Shown here one piece after another: positions 53,941 through 63,820 of a stretch of DNA of 64,000 nt. Every line of letters starts with the position of its first letter. Position 1 is the stretch's first letter. A model generated the notes under the pieces. It worked only from the letters and a program-made list of their open reading frames with translations. It made no database searches and was not told where the DNA came from. This stretch comes from Candidatus Latescibacterota bacterium (GTDB lineage: Bacteria > Latescibacterota > UBA2968). Position numbers and translations under genes: made by a program. The DNA is taken from the NCBI GenBank assembly GCA_965198115.1, contig OZ240241.1, positions 96,001-160,000 of the forward strand, written 5' to 3'.

Positions 53941-54450
53941 TTACACCCAGTGTTCGTGGATGGGGCCGGAGCCGCCGTGGACGGGATCGGTTGAGGGTTT
54001 GGGAACGGATGCGATCGTTCGTAGGACCAGGGATCGATCATCTGATTCGCCCCTGTACAAGTCCCAGTCGGTGCAGCCGGGGGGGTAGGCGCCGATGACG
54101 AGAAGGTCGCGCGATGCGCCGAGGTTCTCGTGACCGGTCCCCGCGGGGAGAAGGGCGACATCGCCGGCTTCGACGTCGAAGACGTCTCCGGCCTGTCCGC
54201 CGAAGCGGACACTGGCCGATCCTCTGGCGATTCCGAGCACTTCGTGGGCGTTGCTGTGAAAGTGGGGGAAGGGATAGATCCCATTCCTCCAGGAGTGCGT
54301 CCATCCATTCGTGTGAAAAGCGTTTTCAATGGCGATCGCACGATCCTCTCCGGCCTCGGCAAACGCGCCTTTGTAGACGATCATCGGCCAGGACGGATGG
54401 TTGGGGATCGTGCCGTCGTCGCCGAACGGGTAGGTCAGGATGTCGGACAT
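53941..54450 (-). CDS. Cupin domain protein (YjlB-like)
   Basis: WRNGIYPFPHFHSNAHEVLG, AGDVALLPAGTGH, IGAYP. Confidence 0.88.
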   Translation of the reverse strand: MSDILTYPFGDDGTIPNHPSWPMIVYKGAFAEAGEDRAIAIENAFHTNGWTHSWRNGIYPFPHFHSNAHEVLGIARGSASVRFGGQAGDVFDVEAGDVALLPAGTGHENLGASRDLLVIGAYPPGCTDWDLYRGESDDRSLVLRTIASVPKPSTDPVHGGSGPIHEHWV

Positions 54451-54461
54451 ATTGAATCTCG

Positions 54462-55277
54462 CTATTGGGTTCCAAACTCGCCGTGGACGGGAACGGGTGC
54501 ATCGCCGCCACCGATGACGCTCTGGTCGAAGTCGACGAGCGCGCCCGTCATCAGTCCAGACTCGTCGGACGCAAGATAGGCAATTGCCCGGGCGGCTTCG
54601 TCGACTTTGATGAGCCGACCGAAAGGCCGGTCGGCTTCAGCCTCGTCGAGCCAGTCCTTGCCGTCGCTGTGAACCGTCCGTTGGATATGGTCTTCGCCGG
54701 GTGTATCCATCCACCCGAGCATCAGGCCGTTGACGCGGATGCGGTTCCGCACGACAGCGTAGGCGACGTTCTTCGTGAGGGTGGCGAGATCACCCTTCGA
54801 CGTCGAGTAGGGGGTGAGAAAAGGCTGACCTCCGTAGGCGCTGGTCGAGATGACGTTGACGATCGATCCCTCGACGGCCTGGTCGCGCATATGGTTGACG
54901 CAGGCTTGCATCAGCAGAAAGGGCGCGCGCAGATTGACGTCGATCAGGTTGTTCCATACGTCGAGCGTCGTGTCGTAGATCGTCCCGCGCGTTGTGAGGC
55001 CGGCGGCGTTCACGAGGATGTGAATCTGGCCGAACCGTTCGATCGAGTCGGATACCACCTGCCCACAGCTATCGGGATCGGCAAGGTCGGCCTGAACGAA
55101 AAAGGCATTGCAATCACCCTGGCACAGGTCGGTGGCGACGCGCTTTCCCCGGTCGGCGTCCCGTCCTGTGATGGTCACGCCGGATGCGCCGCGGTCGACA
55201 AACAGACGTGCCGTAGCCTCGCCAAGGCCTTGCGTACTGCCGGTGACGATCGCATGCTTTCCACCCAGTGTGCTCAT
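54462..55277 (-). CDS. SDR family oxidoreductase
   Basis: VTGSTQGLG, LVNAAG, YSTSK. Confidence 0.92.
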   Translation of the reverse strand: MSTLGGKHAIVTGSTQGLGEATARLFVDRGASGVTITGRDADRGKRVATDLCQGDCNAFFVQADLADPDSCGQVVSDSIERFGQIHILVNAAGLTTRGTIYDTTLDVWNNLIDVNLRAPFLLMQACVNHMRDQAVEGSIVNVISTSAYGGQPFLTPYSTSKGDLATLTKNVAYAVVRNRIRVNGLMLGWMDTPGEDHIQRTVHSDGKDWLDEAEADRPFGRLIKVDEAARAIAYLASDESGLMTGALVDFDQSVIGGGDAPVPVHGEFGTQ

Positions 55278-56443
55278 CGTTCGAATCGCTTCACTTCTGT
55301 GGATTTGAGGGTCTCTTCGATCAAGGGGTCCAGATCCATTCGTTCTTCGCAAGCGTGCACCCTGTCGATGTCGGCTCTGGTTTCCGGGTGTTTGGGGACG
55401 AAGACGGTACAGCAGTCTTCGTAGGGTTCGATCGATGTTTCGAAGGTGCCGATCGCGCGAGCCTGGTTAACGATTTCCTCTTTGTTGTCGCCGGCCAGGG
55501 GACGTAGAACAGGCAGGAGTGTGACTTCTTCGATGGCCCGCAGATTGGCCAGCGTCTGAGACGCGACCTGCCCGACGTTGTCGCCGGTCACGAGGGCCTG
55601 GGCGCCTTCCTGACGGGCGATCGCATCCGCGATGCGGAGCATACACCGTCGGTAGAGGAGGACTCGATAGCTTTCCATCCCGAACTGTACGATGTGGCGC
55701 TGGATTTCAACGAACGGTACGAGGAAGAGTCGCGATTTGTACTGGTAACGCGTGAGGATCTGGACAAGCTCCTCGGTGTTCCGCTGCGAATTGCGATTCG
55801 TGTAGGGCTGGCTGTGGAAGTGGACGAAGGAGAGTGTCACGCCTCGCTTCATGATCTTGTAGGACGCGACGGGCGAATCGATTCCGGATGAGATGAGGCT
55901 GACCGCGCGCTCGTTCGTACCGACCGGGAGGCCCCCGGGGCCCGATATTTTCTCACCGTAGACGAACGTGCCGTCGTGTGTGACCTCGAGGTAGCACGTA
56001 AGGTCGGGGTCGGCCATTCTCACTTCGGCGCCGGAAAGCTTTTGAACGTGGGCGCCGACGTCACGGTTGATTTCGTCGGAGTTCATTCCGAACGACTTGT
56101 CGGACCGACGTGTCACGAGCTTGAAGCTGTCGAAGCGCGACTTTTGCGCGACCGCCCAGGCGGCTTCGCGGAACGCCTCGATGCGGTTGGCGACGCGGTA
56201 GGCAGGCGAAAAGTTTGCGATGCCGAAGACGCCGGAAAGACGCTCGCGCACGACACCGTCGGGCGTGTCGGGGGTGAGCTCGACCAGCAGCCTACCCGAA
56301 ATGCGACGCACGGGACCGATCGGGACACCCTTCAGCGATCGTTGGATGTTCCGGATGAGCTGATTCTCGAACCGGCCGCGATTCCGGCCCTTCAGTCCGA
56401 TTTCGTGGTAGTGGATGAGGTAGAGATTTTGGGCCTCGCCCAT
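55274..56443 (-). CDS. thiI: tRNA 4-thiouridine synthase ThiI
   Basis: YHEIGLKGRNR, THUMP domain, ISSGIDSPVA, GQVASQT, LRPL, EDCC. Confidence 0.96.
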   Translation of the reverse strand: MGEAQNLYLIHYHEIGLKGRNRGRFENQLIRNIQRSLKGVPIGPVRRISGRLLVELTPDTPDGVVRERLSGVFGIANFSPAYRVANRIEAFREAAWAVAQKSRFDSFKLVTRRSDKSFGMNSDEINRDVGAHVQKLSGAEVRMADPDLTCYLEVTHDGTFVYGEKISGPGGLPVGTNERAVSLISSGIDSPVASYKIMKRGVTLSFVHFHSQPYTNRNSQRNTEELVQILTRYQYKSRLFLVPFVEIQRHIVQFGMESYRVLLYRRCMLRIADAIARQEGAQALVTGDNVGQVASQTLANLRAIEEVTLLPVLRPLAGDNKEEIVNQARAIGTFETSIEPYEDCCTVFVPKHPETRADIDRVHACEERMDLDPLIEETLKSTEVKRFER

Positions 56444-56527
56444 CGCTTCCTCCGTGTGGGGTGGCGGTGGAGGAATATGGCCGAGGGCCCGGAGCGTGTC
56501 AAGAAACGGCCCTACCGAACGAGCGAT

Positions 56528-58117
56528 TTACTCAGTTTCAGAAGGTGTTCGATCGACGTCGCGGCGAAGCACGATCAGCGTCAGATCGTCGGCGCGGGGG
56601 GCAGTTCTGATGAACGATTCGACCGCCCTGTGAACCGTCTTGACGACCGGGGCGGAGCCATCGGCTTTCCAGGTGTTCTCTTCTTCTAGAAGCGATATGA
56701 AACGGGTTTCCTCGAGCATGTCACCGTTCGGACCCCGTGCCTCGATGACACCGTCCGAGTAGAAGACGAGCGCGTCACCGTCGGAGAGGGTAACCGTTTT
56801 CGATTCGTAGGTGCGACCCGCCCGGAGGACGGCGGGAATGCCGAGAGGCAGACCCGAGAGCTCGACCGGGATCGCCAATCGGGACTGTGCGCCGACCTGG
56901 ATGGGTGGGCAATGACCGGCATTGACCAACTCGACGCTCCCCGAAGGGATGTCCACGACGGCCACGCAACAGGTGATAAAGGTATCCGTGTCGATCTGCC
57001 CCTCGAGCGAGTCGTTCAGACCGGCGACGATGTCGATGGGATCGGTGCGATTGCGAATTTCGTATCGGAGCATCTCGTTGAATCTCAAGGCAGTGACGGC
57101 GGCTTCCATCGCCTTGCCCGACACATCGGCGATGACGATGGCGAATTTTTGCTGTTCTTCGTCGAGCCATTTGTAGGCGAAGTAGTCCCCTCCTACGTTG
57201 TTGGCGGGCACGAGCAGCCCGTCGACGCTGTAGCCGGTCAGGCCCGAGGGCGTATCGGGGAGGAGGTCCATCTGCATGTCGTGTGCGGTCTGAAGCTCGT
57301 CCCGCATTTCGCGATACTGGGCATCGTGCAAGCTTTCGTTTCGCTGCTCGGCGAGTAACGTCTGCCGGTAGGCGGAGCTCACCAGACTCATGCTGAAGGG
57401 GAATACGAGCAGGTCGACGAGGGCATCGATGTGGTAGTCTTCGGGCGTGTTCGACGCCAGTGACAACACGAACAGGGCGAGGACCAGAATGGCTGCGTGC
57501 TTGACGTGTCCGTAGCGGACGACCGTGTTCCGGCTTTCAACGTAGGCGTCAATGACGGGGAGGTGGCGATCGGCGACCAGGATGGGCAAATAGAAGCAGC
57601 GGAGCGTGAAGAAGAGAGCATAGCACCAAAGAAGGGCCAGTACGATGGCGGGTAGAATCACACTCCAGTCGTAGGACGGCTCCTGAAAACCTGGGAGGTA
57701 ACGGATGATGTCTCCGCTCAAATGTTCACGCAGAAATCCCTTGATGGGCACGATGTCCCGGGCCAACGGATCAGGCAGGACCTCGGTCGGGAGAATGCCA
57801 AAGGCGAACACCACGCTCAGCACGGCGAGAATAAGCCAGCCACCCGCACCCCACACGCTCAGGAATAGAAACCGAAGCGGGCGATTGGTAAGCGGGGACC
57901 AGCAAGTTCTGAGTGAAACCGACCCTCGATCCTGCCCTTCGAGACACATCAGCAGGATTCCGGTCACGAAGGCGGCCATAAAGATGGGCAGGACGATCGA
58001 GGCGAGGCCGGCGAGGAGCGACCCGATGACGAGATTGGGGAGATTGCCGGTCCAGCACGTGATGCTGTCGGACAGGCAGGTTCTGACCTTCAGGTGTGGG
58101 GCTGCGGGTTGTAGCAC
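56528..58117 (-). CDS. Membrane-anchored PP2C/SpoIIE (RsbU-like) serine phosphatase
   Basis: Multiple N-terminal TM helices; AHDMQMDLLP, VGGDYF, ADVSGK, NAGH, YSDGV, DDLTL. Confidence 0.9.
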   Translation of the reverse strand: MLQPAAPHLKVRTCLSDSITCWTGNLPNLVIGSLLAGLASIVLPIFMAAFVTGILLMCLEGQDRGSVSLRTCWSPLTNRPLRFLFLSVWGAGGWLILAVLSVVFAFGILPTEVLPDPLARDIVPIKGFLREHLSGDIIRYLPGFQEPSYDWSVILPAIVLALLWCYALFFTLRCFYLPILVADRHLPVIDAYVESRNTVVRYGHVKHAAILVLALFVLSLASNTPEDYHIDALVDLLVFPFSMSLVSSAYRQTLLAEQRNESLHDAQYREMRDELQTAHDMQMDLLPDTPSGLTGYSVDGLLVPANNVGGDYFAYKWLDEEQQKFAIVIADVSGKAMEAAVTALRFNEMLRYEIRNRTDPIDIVAGLNDSLEGQIDTDTFITCCVAVVDIPSGSVELVNAGHCPPIQVGAQSRLAIPVELSGLPLGIPAVLRAGRTYESKTVTLSDGDALVFYSDGVIEARGPNGDMLEETRFISLLEEENTWKADGSAPVVKTVHRAVESFIRTAPRADDLTLIVLRRDVDRTPSETE

Positions 58118-58156
58118 GGCGTCCCTCCCAGGCGCGGTGCGGAAGCGCGTGCCGGT

Positions 58157-59569
58157 TTATCGAGACGGCTTCTCTTTGTTGAGCCCGTGCTTGCGATAGA
58201 AGTGGCGGAACTGGTCGTAGGTCAACCCGAGCGCATCGGCTGCTTTCCTCTGATTCCATTCGGAAGATCGTAGGGCCCGGCGGAGCAGACTCAGTTCGAA
58301 CGCTTCGAGCTGGCTGTCGAATCCACCGTCGGATGACGGGCTGGAGTCGTCCACGACTTCGGGTGGAAGGTCGTCGGAGGTCAGGTCCTTTCCCGTGGCG
58401 ATGCAGGCCGCCCGTTCGGCAGCGAACTTGAGCTCCCTGATGTTCCCGGGCCAGTCGTAGTTCATGAGGGCGCGTTCGGCTTCCTTCGAGAATCGTCTAT
58501 CCTGAATGCCGGGAACTTCCTGAACGATTTCGCGGACGAAGTGCTCTGCGAGGGGGTGAATGTCCTCGCGGCGTTCCCTGAGTGGCGGAATCCGCAGGAC
58601 TTCGAAGCGGAGCCGATCATAGAGGTCCTGGCGGAAGCGGCCTTCGACGATCTCTCGTTCCAGGTTGGCGTTCGTCGCGGCGATCACCCGTACGTCCACT
58701 TTGAAGGGCGCCGCGCTGCCGACTCGCTGCACTTCCTGATACTCGATCGCACGCAGGATGTTCTGCTGGAATTCGGCGCTCGTGTTGCCGATTTCGTCGA
58801 GGAACAACGTACCACCGTCGGCCGCCTCGAACTTACCCGGCCGGGCCTCGCCGGCGCCCGTGAACGCGCCTTTTTCGTGACCAAAGAGCTCGCTTTCGAG
58901 CAGGTTGGGCGAGAGGGCGGCACAGTTGACTTTGACGAACGGGCGATCCTTCCGACCACCAGCATAGTGGATCGTCGCGGCGACGAGTTCCTTTCCGGTC
59001 CCCGGTTCGCCCAGGATGAGCACGGGTCGGGGAATCGAGGCGATGCGTTCCGCCTGTTGCAGCAGCTGCTGCATCACAGGACTCGTGCCGATCACTTGGT
59101 AGCGTTTGCCGAACTCGTCCCGATAGAATCGATTCTCGCGATCGAGGTCCTTGACCTCTTCGCGCAACTTTACGTTTTCATCGGCGACGGCGAGGACGCG
59201 TTCGAGCTTTTCGACGCTGAGCTCGAGCCGGTCCTCGATGTAGAAGTCCTTTTCGATAAAGTCGGCGGCCCCCAATCTCAGGGCGGTCACGGCAGTCTCG
59301 ACAGTGCCTTCGCCGGTGAGGATGATGACGGGCAAGTCGGGTATCTGCTCTTTGATGAGCCGAAGGATTTCGAGACCGTCAGGTTCCCCCTCGCCAAAAT
59401 CGAGATCCAGGATGGCCAGGTCGACGTTCTGCCCCGCTCCGCGCACGTGGTTCAGGGCTTCGACCCCGGTCGCGCACGCGTGAACATCTCGTCCCGTGGC
59501 GACGAGCGTTTCCTGCAGGGCGTCTCGGATTTCGGGCTGGTCGTCGGCAATGACGATGCGGGAGGGCAT
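58157..59569 (-). CDS. Sigma54-dependent response regulator (REC + AAA+ + HTH, PspF-like C-terminus)
   Basis: IADD, LDLD; GEPGTGKE, GAFTGA, WPGNIRE; NQRKAADALGLTYDQFR. Confidence 0.93.
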   Translation of the reverse strand: MPSRIVIADDQPEIRDALQETLVATGRDVHACATGVEALNHVRGAGQNVDLAILDLDFGEGEPDGLEILRLIKEQIPDLPVIILTGEGTVETAVTALRLGAADFIEKDFYIEDRLELSVEKLERVLAVADENVKLREEVKDLDRENRFYRDEFGKRYQVIGTSPVMQQLLQQAERIASIPRPVLILGEPGTGKELVAATIHYAGGRKDRPFVKVNCAALSPNLLESELFGHEKGAFTGAGEARPGKFEAADGGTLFLDEIGNTSAEFQQNILRAIEYQEVQRVGSAAPFKVDVRVIAATNANLEREIVEGRFRQDLYDRLRFEVLRIPPLRERREDIHPLAEHFVREIVQEVPGIQDRRFSKEAERALMNYDWPGNIRELKFAAERAACIATGKDLTSDDLPPEVVDDSSPSSDGGFDSQLEAFELSLLRRALRSSEWNQRKAADALGLTYDQFRHFYRKHGLNKEKPSR

Positions 59570-59577
59570 GGGGTCTC

Positions 59578-61176
59578 TCAGGAGATGAATTCGTCGGCGA
59601 CCGGATCCCCGCCGGTCTCAGCACTGCTGCGTTGCAGGCGAAGCGCTTCCTTCTCGGAATGGACTTCGAAATCGATCGGGAGGTCGACGCGGAAGACTGT
59701 ACCACGACCCGCGCTGCTCTGGAAGCGGATCGTCCCTCGGTGGGCAGAGACGATGCGGCGACAGATACTGAGACCGTAGCCGTTTCCCTTTTCTCGTGTC
59801 GAAAAGCCGGGGTCGAATACCCTGGGCTGCACATCCTCGGGAATACCGGCTCCGCGATCTTCAACCTCTATGTAGACGGTCGTGCCCGCGGCGTCGTAGC
59901 CGACCTGGACGCGGACGGGTTCGTCATTTTGCGATGCGGCCAGCGCGTTCAACAGGAGGTTGGTGATGGTCTCCGCGATCATAGCCCCGTCGGCTTTGAC
60001 TTGCGGGATGTGTTCTTCGGCTTTGAAGGTGATGTTCGGGCCGCCCGATGCTTCGATCGTACGTCGTGTCAGGTCGACGACGTCGACGAGCACGGCGTTG
60101 ACGGTTTCCGTCTTCATGCTTCGCAGGTAGGTGACCCACTGATCGTAAACACTTTCCTGTTCGGCCAAGATCCGGTCGAACGGTTCGGACGAAACCGGAT
60201 CCAGCTTGCGGATCGCGCGTCGGAGCTTGTTGCCCGCGAGTCCCATCAGGTTCTTGATTCGGTGGCCGTGCGTGTAGAGGCTCTCGTAGACCTGGGCGCG
60301 ACCGAGTTCGATGAGCTCGAGCGAAAGGTGGGCGAGCACGGTTGAAGCTTTGATGCCGAATTCCTCGGAGATCGTCGCGTATTCCTGCTCCATTTCCGAA
60401 GGGCTCATATGGTCGAAGAGCAGCGCCGCGAGATTGCGGTAGGGTAACCCGTAGTCGGGCTGGAGCTGTATGGCGATCTTGAATTCGCCCAGGGCCGGAA
60501 TCGTCTGACCGGCCTGCATGAGAAGGACGCCGAGGTTGTTGTGACCCGGTGCGTAGAACGGGTCGGTTTCGAGTCCTCGGCGGTAGATGTCGACGGCTCG
60601 GCGCCGGCGCTCGGGAAAGTCGTCGAGGAAGCTGCCGAGAAGAAAGCAGACCCGATCGAGTCCATCGTAGACGACTCCGTCGTCGCAACGTGCCAGGATA
60701 TGCTCGAGCGCCTCGATAGCTCTCTGTCGGTCTTTTGAAGCCGGCGCTGCACCGTGGGCGTGGTGCAGGGCGAGCTGGAAGCTTGCGTCGAGGTGCTCGG
60801 GGTCGATTTCGATCGCGCGTTCGAAAGCCTCCCGCGCTTCCCCGGGATGGCCGACGTGTGCCTTCGAGAGGCCGACTTTGTAGTGGAGGTCGGCGACGTT
60901 AGGCTCCCGGGCAAGGGCCTTTGCGAACGTCTCGCTCGCCTTTGCGTATTCGCCCCGATTGTGATAGAGCACGCCCAGGTTGTGAAGCGACCGGACGTTT
61001 GTCGGGTCGAGCGCCGCCGCACGCTCATAGGCCCGCTCGGCCTCGTCGGCATCGGCGTCTCGGTAGGCCTGGTCGCCTAGGCTTCTGAGTCCGCGCGCCT
61101 CCTCGATTGTCGATTCGGGCAGGCTGTCGCCCAGCTCGAGTGACCCGTCGGTCGATGTAGTGCGCTTGCGATCCAC
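59578..61176 (-). CDS. TPR-repeat soluble histidine kinase
   Basis: TPRs (HNLGVLY, NNLGVLL); H-box HRIKN; N-box NLLLNA; DRGAGI, FDPGFST, GYGLSI. Confidence 0.88.
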   Translation of the reverse strand: MDRKRTTSTDGSLELGDSLPESTIEEARGLRSLGDQAYRDADADEAERAYERAAALDPTNVRSLHNLGVLYHNRGEYAKASETFAKALAREPNVADLHYKVGLSKAHVGHPGEAREAFERAIEIDPEHLDASFQLALHHAHGAAPASKDRQRAIEALEHILARCDDGVVYDGLDRVCFLLGSFLDDFPERRRRAVDIYRRGLETDPFYAPGHNNLGVLLMQAGQTIPALGEFKIAIQLQPDYGLPYRNLAALLFDHMSPSEMEQEYATISEEFGIKASTVLAHLSLELIELGRAQVYESLYTHGHRIKNLMGLAGNKLRRAIRKLDPVSSEPFDRILAEQESVYDQWVTYLRSMKTETVNAVLVDVVDLTRRTIEASGGPNITFKAEEHIPQVKADGAMIAETITNLLLNALAASQNDEPVRVQVGYDAAGTTVYIEVEDRGAGIPEDVQPRVFDPGFSTREKGNGYGLSICRRIVSAHRGTIRFQSSAGRGTVFRVDLPIDFEVHSEKEALRLQRSSAETGGDPVADEFIS

Positions 61177-61178
61177 GC

Positions 61179-61760
61179 CTACGCCGTCTGGAGTCCCAAG
61201 CGTTGAAATTCGCGTTCGAGCTGGCGGCGTGCTCGGTTGAGCCAGGTCTTCACGGTCCCCATCGGGACCTCCAGCGTCTGAACGATTTCCTCGTAGGAAA
61301 AGTCCTTGACGTAGCGCAGCCAGATCGCTTTCCGGTAACGCTCGGGCAGTCGGTTGATGCCCTGGTGGACGAGTTCTCTACGCTCTCGTGTCTGAATGTC
61401 CACGTCCGGGCCGGCTTGCCTTGCGGCTTCGGACATCGCTGCTTTGGCGTATTCCACGTCTTCGAGCAGCGTGACCCAATTGCGGCGAACCCGTTCGGAG
61501 CGTTTGTGTGAGAGGCAGACGTTGATCGCAATGCGCGTGATCCACGTGCCGAAGGCGGATTCCCCGCGAAATGTGGGGAGGGCGTTGAACGCTCGGATGA
61601 AGGACTGTTGAATCAGGTCGTCGACCACATCGGGGTCGGATACGCGGCGTCGCACAACGGCAACGACGTTGGAATGGTAGGTCTCGTAGAGCTGTCGGTA
61701 GGCCGCGTCGCTCCCATGTAGCGCGTCCCGAATCAGCTGTTGTTCTTGATTGCGCGTCAC
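61179..61760 (-). CDS. ECF RNA polymerase sigma factor
   Basis: DLIQQSFIRAF..FRGESAFGTWITRIAIN; LPERYR..SYEEI..GTVKTWLNRAR. Confidence 0.93.
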   Translation of the reverse strand: MTRNQEQQLIRDALHGSDAAYRQLYETYHSNVVAVVRRRVSDPDVVDDLIQQSFIRAFNALPTFRGESAFGTWITRIAINVCLSHKRSERVRRNWVTLLEDVEYAKAAMSEAARQAGPDVDIQTRERRELVHQGINRLPERYRKAIWLRYVKDFSYEEIVQTLEVPMGTVKTWLNRARRQLEREFQRLGLQTA

Positions 61761-61771
61761 TTCGCATCCTT

Positions 61772-61957
61772 TCAGTAGGCTTCGTCTTGATCGCGGGTGA
61801 GGAAGCGGTAGCCGAGGTAGGTCACCGCGCCGGAAATCGCCAGCTTGACGAGCACGAAGGCCAGCGCGAATACGGACCCGATCAGAGGAAAGAGCGTGCC
61901 GAGGACCATGGATCCTCCGACGATGATCAGGATGATGCCAAGGAGTTTGAGCAACAT
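61772..61957 (-). CDS. Small two-TM membrane protein (LiaI/PspG-like)
   Basis: GGAGG RBS; 61 aa, almost wholly hydrophobic. Confidence 0.7.
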   Translation of the reverse strand: MLLKLLGIILIIVGGSMVLGTLFPLIGSVFALAFVLVKLAISGAVTYLGYRFLTRDQDEAY

Positions 61958-61969
61958 GGCGTCTTCCTC

Positions 61970-62287
61970 CTAAGACCCGGTTTCCGCGGGAGATTTCGTA
62001 CGTGATTCGAGTCGCGCCAGTCGTTCGTCGACAGAGATGATGATGTCCTGGACGTCCGAAAGCCGTTGCTCGACGCGGTCGAACCGTGCGTTTACTTCAT
62101 CGGGAACATCGGACGGTGGGGCGCTGTATCTGTACATTCTTGCGATCTTGATGAACACGATCGCAAGAAGGACGAGGATGACAATGGGGCCGGGGTTGTC
62201 GATTCCCCTGTCGAGGATGTGGACCGTCGTACCTATGGCGACGAAGAGGAAGGCAATGCTGCCAAAGGTCATGAACGAGCGTGGCAT
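61970..62287 (-). CDS. Small membrane protein with C-terminal coiled coil (PspB-like)
   Basis: Two TM helices plus RFDRVEQRLSDVQDIIISVDERL. Confidence 0.7.
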   Translation of the reverse strand: MPRSFMTFGSIAFLFVAIGTTVHILDRGIDNPGPIVILVLLAIVFIKIARMYRYSAPPSDVPDEVNARFDRVEQRLSDVQDIIISVDERLARLESRTKSPAETGS

Positions 62288-62324
62288 GGTCTGGTTCTCC
62301 GTGAAGGAACGGTTGTCGTAAGCC

Positions 62325-62522
62325 CTATTGCCGTTTCAGTTTTTCGTCGATGGTGATCAGGATGTCCTGGACGTCGGTGATGCGGCGGTCGAGATCGTTC
62401 AGGCGCTCGTGGATCCGTTCTTCGACATCGCCCGGTACGGCCGCGTTGCCGCGACGTTCGACGTATTTATGGACGGCGGACGCCAGGACGATGAGTGATA
62501 TACCAGCGAAAATCTCGATCAT
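62325..62522 (-). CDS. Small membrane protein with C-terminal coiled coil (PspB-like), paralogue of 61970-62287
   Basis: One TM helix plus RLNDLDRRITDVQDILITIDEKL; GGGAGG RBS. Confidence 0.7.
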   Translation of the reverse strand: MIEIFAGISLIVLASAVHKYVERRGNAAVPGDVEERIHERLNDLDRRITDVQDILITIDEKLKRQ

Positions 62523-62540
62523 AGTGCCCTCCCGGGACCC

Positions 62541-63820
62541 TTACCACGAAATAAGTGCTGCACTTTTCAAGGTAATGATCTTACGCTCGGAGTGTGGACG
62601 TCGAAACTCTCCGAACGAAGTATGAAGCCTTGGCTCCGGTGCTGACGGAACGCACGCGTCGTCTGTGGGCCGCCACGGAAGCCGAAGCGTTGGGTCACGG
62701 TGGGATCGCGATTGTGGCTCTGGCGACAGGAATGTCCAGAGAGCGGATCTTTCGTGGCATTCAGGAGTTGAGGTCGGACGAACCTTTGGACCCGGCTCGC
62801 ATCCGGCGTCCAGGCGGCGGTCGTAAGCGGAAGGCCGACACGGACCCGACGCTGTGGCAGGACCTGAATGATCTGGTCGAGCCAACGACTGCGGGGTCGC
62901 CTGACGACAATCCTCTGAGATGGACATCGAAGAGCACTCGCAAACTGGCCGCCGAGTTGCAAGCGATGGGGCATTCGGTGAGCCCCAGGATCGTTGCCAA
63001 TCTCCTGCACGAACACGATTACACGCTGCAGGCGAATCGGAAGACAAGGGAGGGATCTGCACACCCGGATCGGGACGCTCAGTTCGTTTACCTCGATGAT
63101 CGGATTAGCCAGCAGCAGCAGCAGGGCCTTCCCGTTATCTCGGTGGACACCAAGAAGAAAGAGTTGATCGGCGACTTCAAGAATCCTGGCCGAGAATGGC
63201 GACCCAAGGGAGACCCGGAGCGTGTGAAGGTACACGATTTCATAGTGCCTGCTCAGGGCAAGGCGATCCCTTATGGAGTGTATGATCTGAGCCGTGATGA
63301 AGGCTGGGTAAGTGTCGGTATCGATCACGACACGGCCAGCTTCGCCGTGAATGCGATCCGAAGTTGGTGGAAGAACATGGGACGGCCCGCCTACGGCACT
63401 TCGACGCATCTGCTAATCACGGCGGACGCAGGCGGCAGCAACGGCGCCAAGACGCGGCTGTGGAAGTGGGAGCTGCAGCGCTTTGCGAATCGCACTGGCC
63501 TGACGATCACCGTATGCCACTACCCTCCTGGCACTAGTAAGTGGAACAAGATCGAACATCGCCTGTTCTCCTTCATCGCTATGAACTGGCGAGGCAAGCC
63601 CCTGGTCAGCCTGGCTGCAACCGTGAATCTCATTGCCGGAACGACCACTCAAGCCGGTCTCCGAGTACGCTCCGAGATCGACAAGCGACCCTACCCTAAC
63701 GGGGTCAAGGTGACCGATGAACAGATGACCCAAATCGATCTCACTCCGCACGATTTCCACGGCGACTGGAACTACACGATCCGGCCAATGGCTCAACATT
63801 GAGATCGACCGTTTATTTAT
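62541..63820 (+). mobile_element. ISAzo13-family element (transposase 62594-63802)
   Basis: RIRRPGGGRK, ISVDTKKKE, ITADAGGSN, PPGTSKWNKIEHRLF, HGDWNY; ends approximate. Confidence 0.93.

Noticed and set aside
53907-54362. N-terminal extension of the 549-aa CinA ORF
   Set aside because: Overlaps the cupin gene in another frame; the CinA motif starts at ATG 53906.
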